DNA from: Camelus ferus
Lineage: Eukaryota
DNA: 64,000 nt
NCBI RefSeq assembly: GCF_009834535.1
Contig: NC_045727.1
Span: 17,732,001 to 17,796,000 of the forward strand
Reading direction: 5' to 3'
How positions within the stretch are numbered: the stretch's first letter is position 1; the number at the start of each line of letters is the position of its first letter. The position numbers were made by a program, and so were the translations under genes. The notes beneath the pieces are model-generated. The model had not been told where the DNA came from. It ran no database searches and saw nothing but the letters and a program-made list of their open reading frames with translations. Shown here piece after piece: positions 62,239 through 64,000 of this stretch.

Positions 62239-64000
62239 AAGAATCCAGTGCTCTTTCTTTTTATACCTTACAGGATCTACTTGGCAAATGTCCTTAGATG
62301 AATCCCTGACAATTTGGGTCCTCGGATCCCCTATCTATGAAACAAGGAGGTTGGGGTTGGTGTTGTCAAGGTGCTCTTCCAGCTTTAAAATATGTGCATA
62401 GTTGAATGGGGCAAGTGTCCGTCCATTCCCAGCCTTGTGCCAATAAAAAGACAGCCTGGCTCGGGTCCATGCTGTGTGACCCTGGGCAAGTTGCTTTATC
62501 TCTCTGAGCAGTAGTAGGATTGCCTAGAAAATGGCAATTTTAAAAAACCCTCCTTTCAGAAAATCAAGGGGTCTGGCTGAAGTGATCTCTTGGGCTCCCT
62601 TGCAGGTCTAAGATCTCTGGGCTGGTAGTTCAAGGTTAATTGACAAGCCTCCCCACCACCAAGACCCCAAGTCTGGGGTCATTTCTGATCGTGACAATGT
62701 TGCCTCAGACTCGTCCCCGACTCCAAGCTGCAAGAGGCGAAGAGCCCACACTTGGGAGTTAGCCAGATCAGGTTTAAAGGCCCTTCCTGCTTCAGTGGCT
62801 GCGGACATCAGTCGCTCTCTCCTCCAAGTCTCAGATGTAAAAGGAGGCTGACATTACCACCTTCCTTCTAGGGTTATCATGAGCATATCATGATGTGGAC
62901 ATGGTGCCTGGCGCCCAGCAGGTGCTCAGCAAACATTTGTATAGAAAAATCAGATGGGGCCGTATCTGCGAGTACCAACAGCACCCCTGCCCCATGGTGG
63001 GGAGAAAGCCAGGCTGAGTATCCAGTTTGCAAATTCTGACCCCAAGCCAAGGGCTGTGTTTCCATGAAACCCACAGAGCTCAAAGATGAGCCTGGATGGT
63101 GTCTGGAAGCAGAGGAGGGCTGGGAGCCAGGCCACAGCCAGCTCCTCCTCCCAGACCAGATGCCGCCTGGGGCCAGATGAGGAAGTCGCGGCTCCTGCAC
63201 CCCTCCCACCCCACCTCTCTGCTCGGCCCTATCTCCCTTCCTGGCATCCCCACATCCTCTGCCAGAGCCTCTGCAAAGCATTTTTCAACTCGATTGAAGT
63301 GCCTCGGTTGACACAAGCCATTGCCCCACCTGTGTCAGCACAGGGCATTAAAACCTAACAAACAGACAGCTCTGGTTGTGTGGCCTCGGGCCCATTCTCC
63401 ACATCGCCAACCTTCCGTCTCCGCGTCTGGGACATAAAAGTGGTCCCACACACCGTGAAGATGAAGGAAAATGACCCCCGTGAAGCACCAAGCAAAACAG
63501 CCAGCTACTCGTAGCATTTCAAGTGGTGGTCCTTCCCTCTTTGGCCCACTTAACAGATAAGAAAACTGAGATTCAAACAAGGTTCATGATCTTTCCCAAA
63601 GTTACCCAGCAGGTAAGCAACGGGTATAATCAGGAGCTCCAGGCTGGACTTCGGGCTTCTCCCCTCCTGGTTTCCCCTGGAATCACTGAGAACTACATTT
63701 CAGGCCCAGCTCCAGCCCTCGCAGGCTGTGTGACCTTGCACAACTTGCTTCACCTCTCTGATCCTCGGGCATCTCATCCATAGCATCTTTCTCTGGGGGT
63801 TGTGAGGATTCAGTAAAGCGTGGCTGGTGAAGGGCTTGGCATATGCCTGTGATCACAATTACCAGTACTATTAATATGAATAATTATTAATATGAAAGGG
63901 GGGGGGATTTATCTCACAGAGGTGAAACTGGAAAATGTGTTCGCACTCTCTTGGTGGGGTCCATCATTTTAGGGTCCAAGGAGAACTCAGCAGGGCATGA

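Overview
Mammalian genomic DNA, most likely a camelid (alpaca/llama/camel), judged from five copies of a tRNA-Ala-derived vic-1-type SINE. The window holds two convergent genes. On the + strand are the last five coding exons of WSCD2 (7857-7978, 10814-10988, 14813-14977, 16935-17135, 23487-23839), which splice in frame through canonical AG/GT sites and encode the second WSC domain plus the sulfotransferase-like domain. On the - strand is CMKLR1 (chemerin receptor 1): a single-exon CDS at 48310-49407, a 68-nt non-coding exon at 50077-50144, and a probable ~3.5 kb 3' UTR. The remainder is intronic or intergenic, dense in MIR/L2 relics, with L1 3' ends, MaLR/ERVL LTRs, hAT MITEs, microsatellites and three N gaps. 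I did not find a demonstrably new biological system. The best leads are: (1) a solo LTR with six CCAAT boxes, an octamer and a TATA box pointing antisense at CMKLR1; (2) a well-formed cryptic + strand exon inside the CMKLR1 3' UTR; (3) a strong internal donor 9 nt into a weakly flanked WSCD2 exon that would delete the PAPS 3'-phosphate-binding motif in frame; (4) a seven-run G-quadruplex in the CMKLR1 3' UTR. All repeat family names and human comparisons come from recall, not from database searches.
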